Assembly (NCBI RefSeq): GCF_900626285.1
Contig: NZ_LR131147.1
Location: forward strand, 1,187,953-1,219,952
Reading direction: 5' to 3'
DNA length: 32,000 nucleotides
Origin: Intestinimonas massiliensis (ex Afouda et al. 2020)
GTDB taxonomy: Bacteria; Bacillota; Clostridia; Oscillospirales; Oscillospiraceae
How positions within the stretch are numbered: the stretch's first letter is position 1; each line of letters opens with the position of its first letter. The translations under genes and the position numbers were made by a program. Of the stretch, positions 31,660-32,000 are shown one piece after another. Below the pieces are notes generated by a model. The model did not search any database, was not told where the DNA came from, and worked only from the letters and a program-made list of their open reading frames with translations.

Positions 31660-32000
31660 ATCGCCAGGTCCTTTATTCCCTGGGTGGGAGGAAAGGGCAA
31701 GCTCCTCTGGCTGATCCGAAAGTTGGCGCCGCCCTGGTATCCCCGTTTCATCGACGTGTTTGGCGGGAGCGGGACGGTAACCCTTGACCGGCCTATCCGC
31801 AAGGGCTGTCTGGAGGTCTACAACGACTACAACAGCAACCTGACCAATCTGTTTTGCTGTGTCAAGAACCGGACGATGGCCCTGCTGAAGGAGCTGGGTT
31901 TTCTCCCCCTCAACTCCAGGGACGATTTTGAGGTGCTTCATAAATTTTTCTCAAAGGATGAGTTTACCGACGACTACCTGGAGGAGGAGCTGGAGCTGAC
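31660..32000 (+). CDS. DNA adenine methylase (Dam/D12 class). The 3' end runs off the window and the start codon is unclear.
   Basis: Absent from the ORF track because it has no stop. Frame-1 translation is IARSFIPWVGGKGKLLWLIRKLAPPWYPRFIDVFGGSGTVTLD...YNDYNSNLTNLF. PWVGGK and FGGSG are Dam-family N-terminal motifs. Confidence 0.8.
   Translation, partial: MARSFIPWVGGKGKLLWLIRKLAPPWYPRFIDVFGGSGTVTLDRPIRKGCLEVYNDYNSNLTNLFCCVKNRTMALLKELGFLPLNSRDDFEVLHKFFSKDEFTDDYLEEELEL

Larger units (their letters stand above)
26285..32000 (+). mobile_element. Conjugative-element-like antirestriction/accessory gene block (partial)
   Basis: Eight co-directional, tightly coupled genes. They include DUF4314-, DUF4313- and ArdA-like genes and a Dam-type methylase, a content typical of the leading regions of Firmicutes ICEs and plasmids. 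Confidence 0.5.

Noticed and set aside
26946-31941. Minus-strand ORFs 26946-28085, 29578-30159, 30177-31226 and 31198-31941
   Set aside because: They are antisense to a tightly coupled plus-strand gene chain with good SDs. Their translations are Leu/Gln/Gly/His-rich shadow sequences.
1-32000. CRISPR arrays, rRNA genes, IS elements with transposases
   Set aside because: There are no regularly spaced direct repeats with unique spacers. There are no rRNA-like conserved stretches. No transposase-like ORFs were seen on either strand.

Overview
The window holds two adjacent mobile elements from a high-GC Firmicutes/Clostridia-like genome. All family names come from motif recognition by eye. No database or HMM search was run.

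(1) Positions 1 to about 25943 are the right-hand ~26 kb of a prophage with a contractile tail and an HK97-type head. The lytic genes run on the minus strand in this order:
- Lytic early region: Cro-like and other XRE HTH genes, a replisome organizer with internal iterons, and DnaB.
- Plasmid-like block: ParA, DUF3102, PcfK-like and PcfJ-like genes.
- An HUH Rep-like gene with an RHH partner, and a Cys-rich zinc-ribbon gene.
- A strong terminator, then the packaging and late genes: HNH, DNA methyltransferase, TerS, TerL, portal, ClpP-like protease, major capsid, connector/adaptor genes, tail sheath and tail tube.

The lysogeny module is on the plus strand. It contains an S24/LexA-like CI repressor, then a visibly AT-richer two-gene cassette, then a tyrosine integrase. 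The integrase is followed by a tRNA 3'-end fragment that looks like the att core.

(2) Positions ~26285-32000 (plus strand) are a tightly packed block typical of conjugative elements. It contains DUF4314- and DUF4313-like genes, two ArdA-like antirestriction genes, a small wHTH gene and a Dam-type methylase that runs off the window.

Most interesting observations:
- The cassette between CI and integrase. It pairs a stand-alone PD-(D/E)xK HsdR-N-like nuclease with an oversized, split MazF/PemK-like protein that has no antitoxin. This is a candidate lysogen-expressed defence or abortive-infection system.
- A ~420-nt element closed by a 22-bp stem. It begins at the predicted transcription start of a near-consensus leftward early promoter and precedes cro.
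- Iterons inside the replisome-organizer gene.
- A GGCGCC-based array of mutually exclusive hairpins upstream of the antirestriction block.

Many long ORFs antisense to these genes are GC-driven shadows and were rejected.
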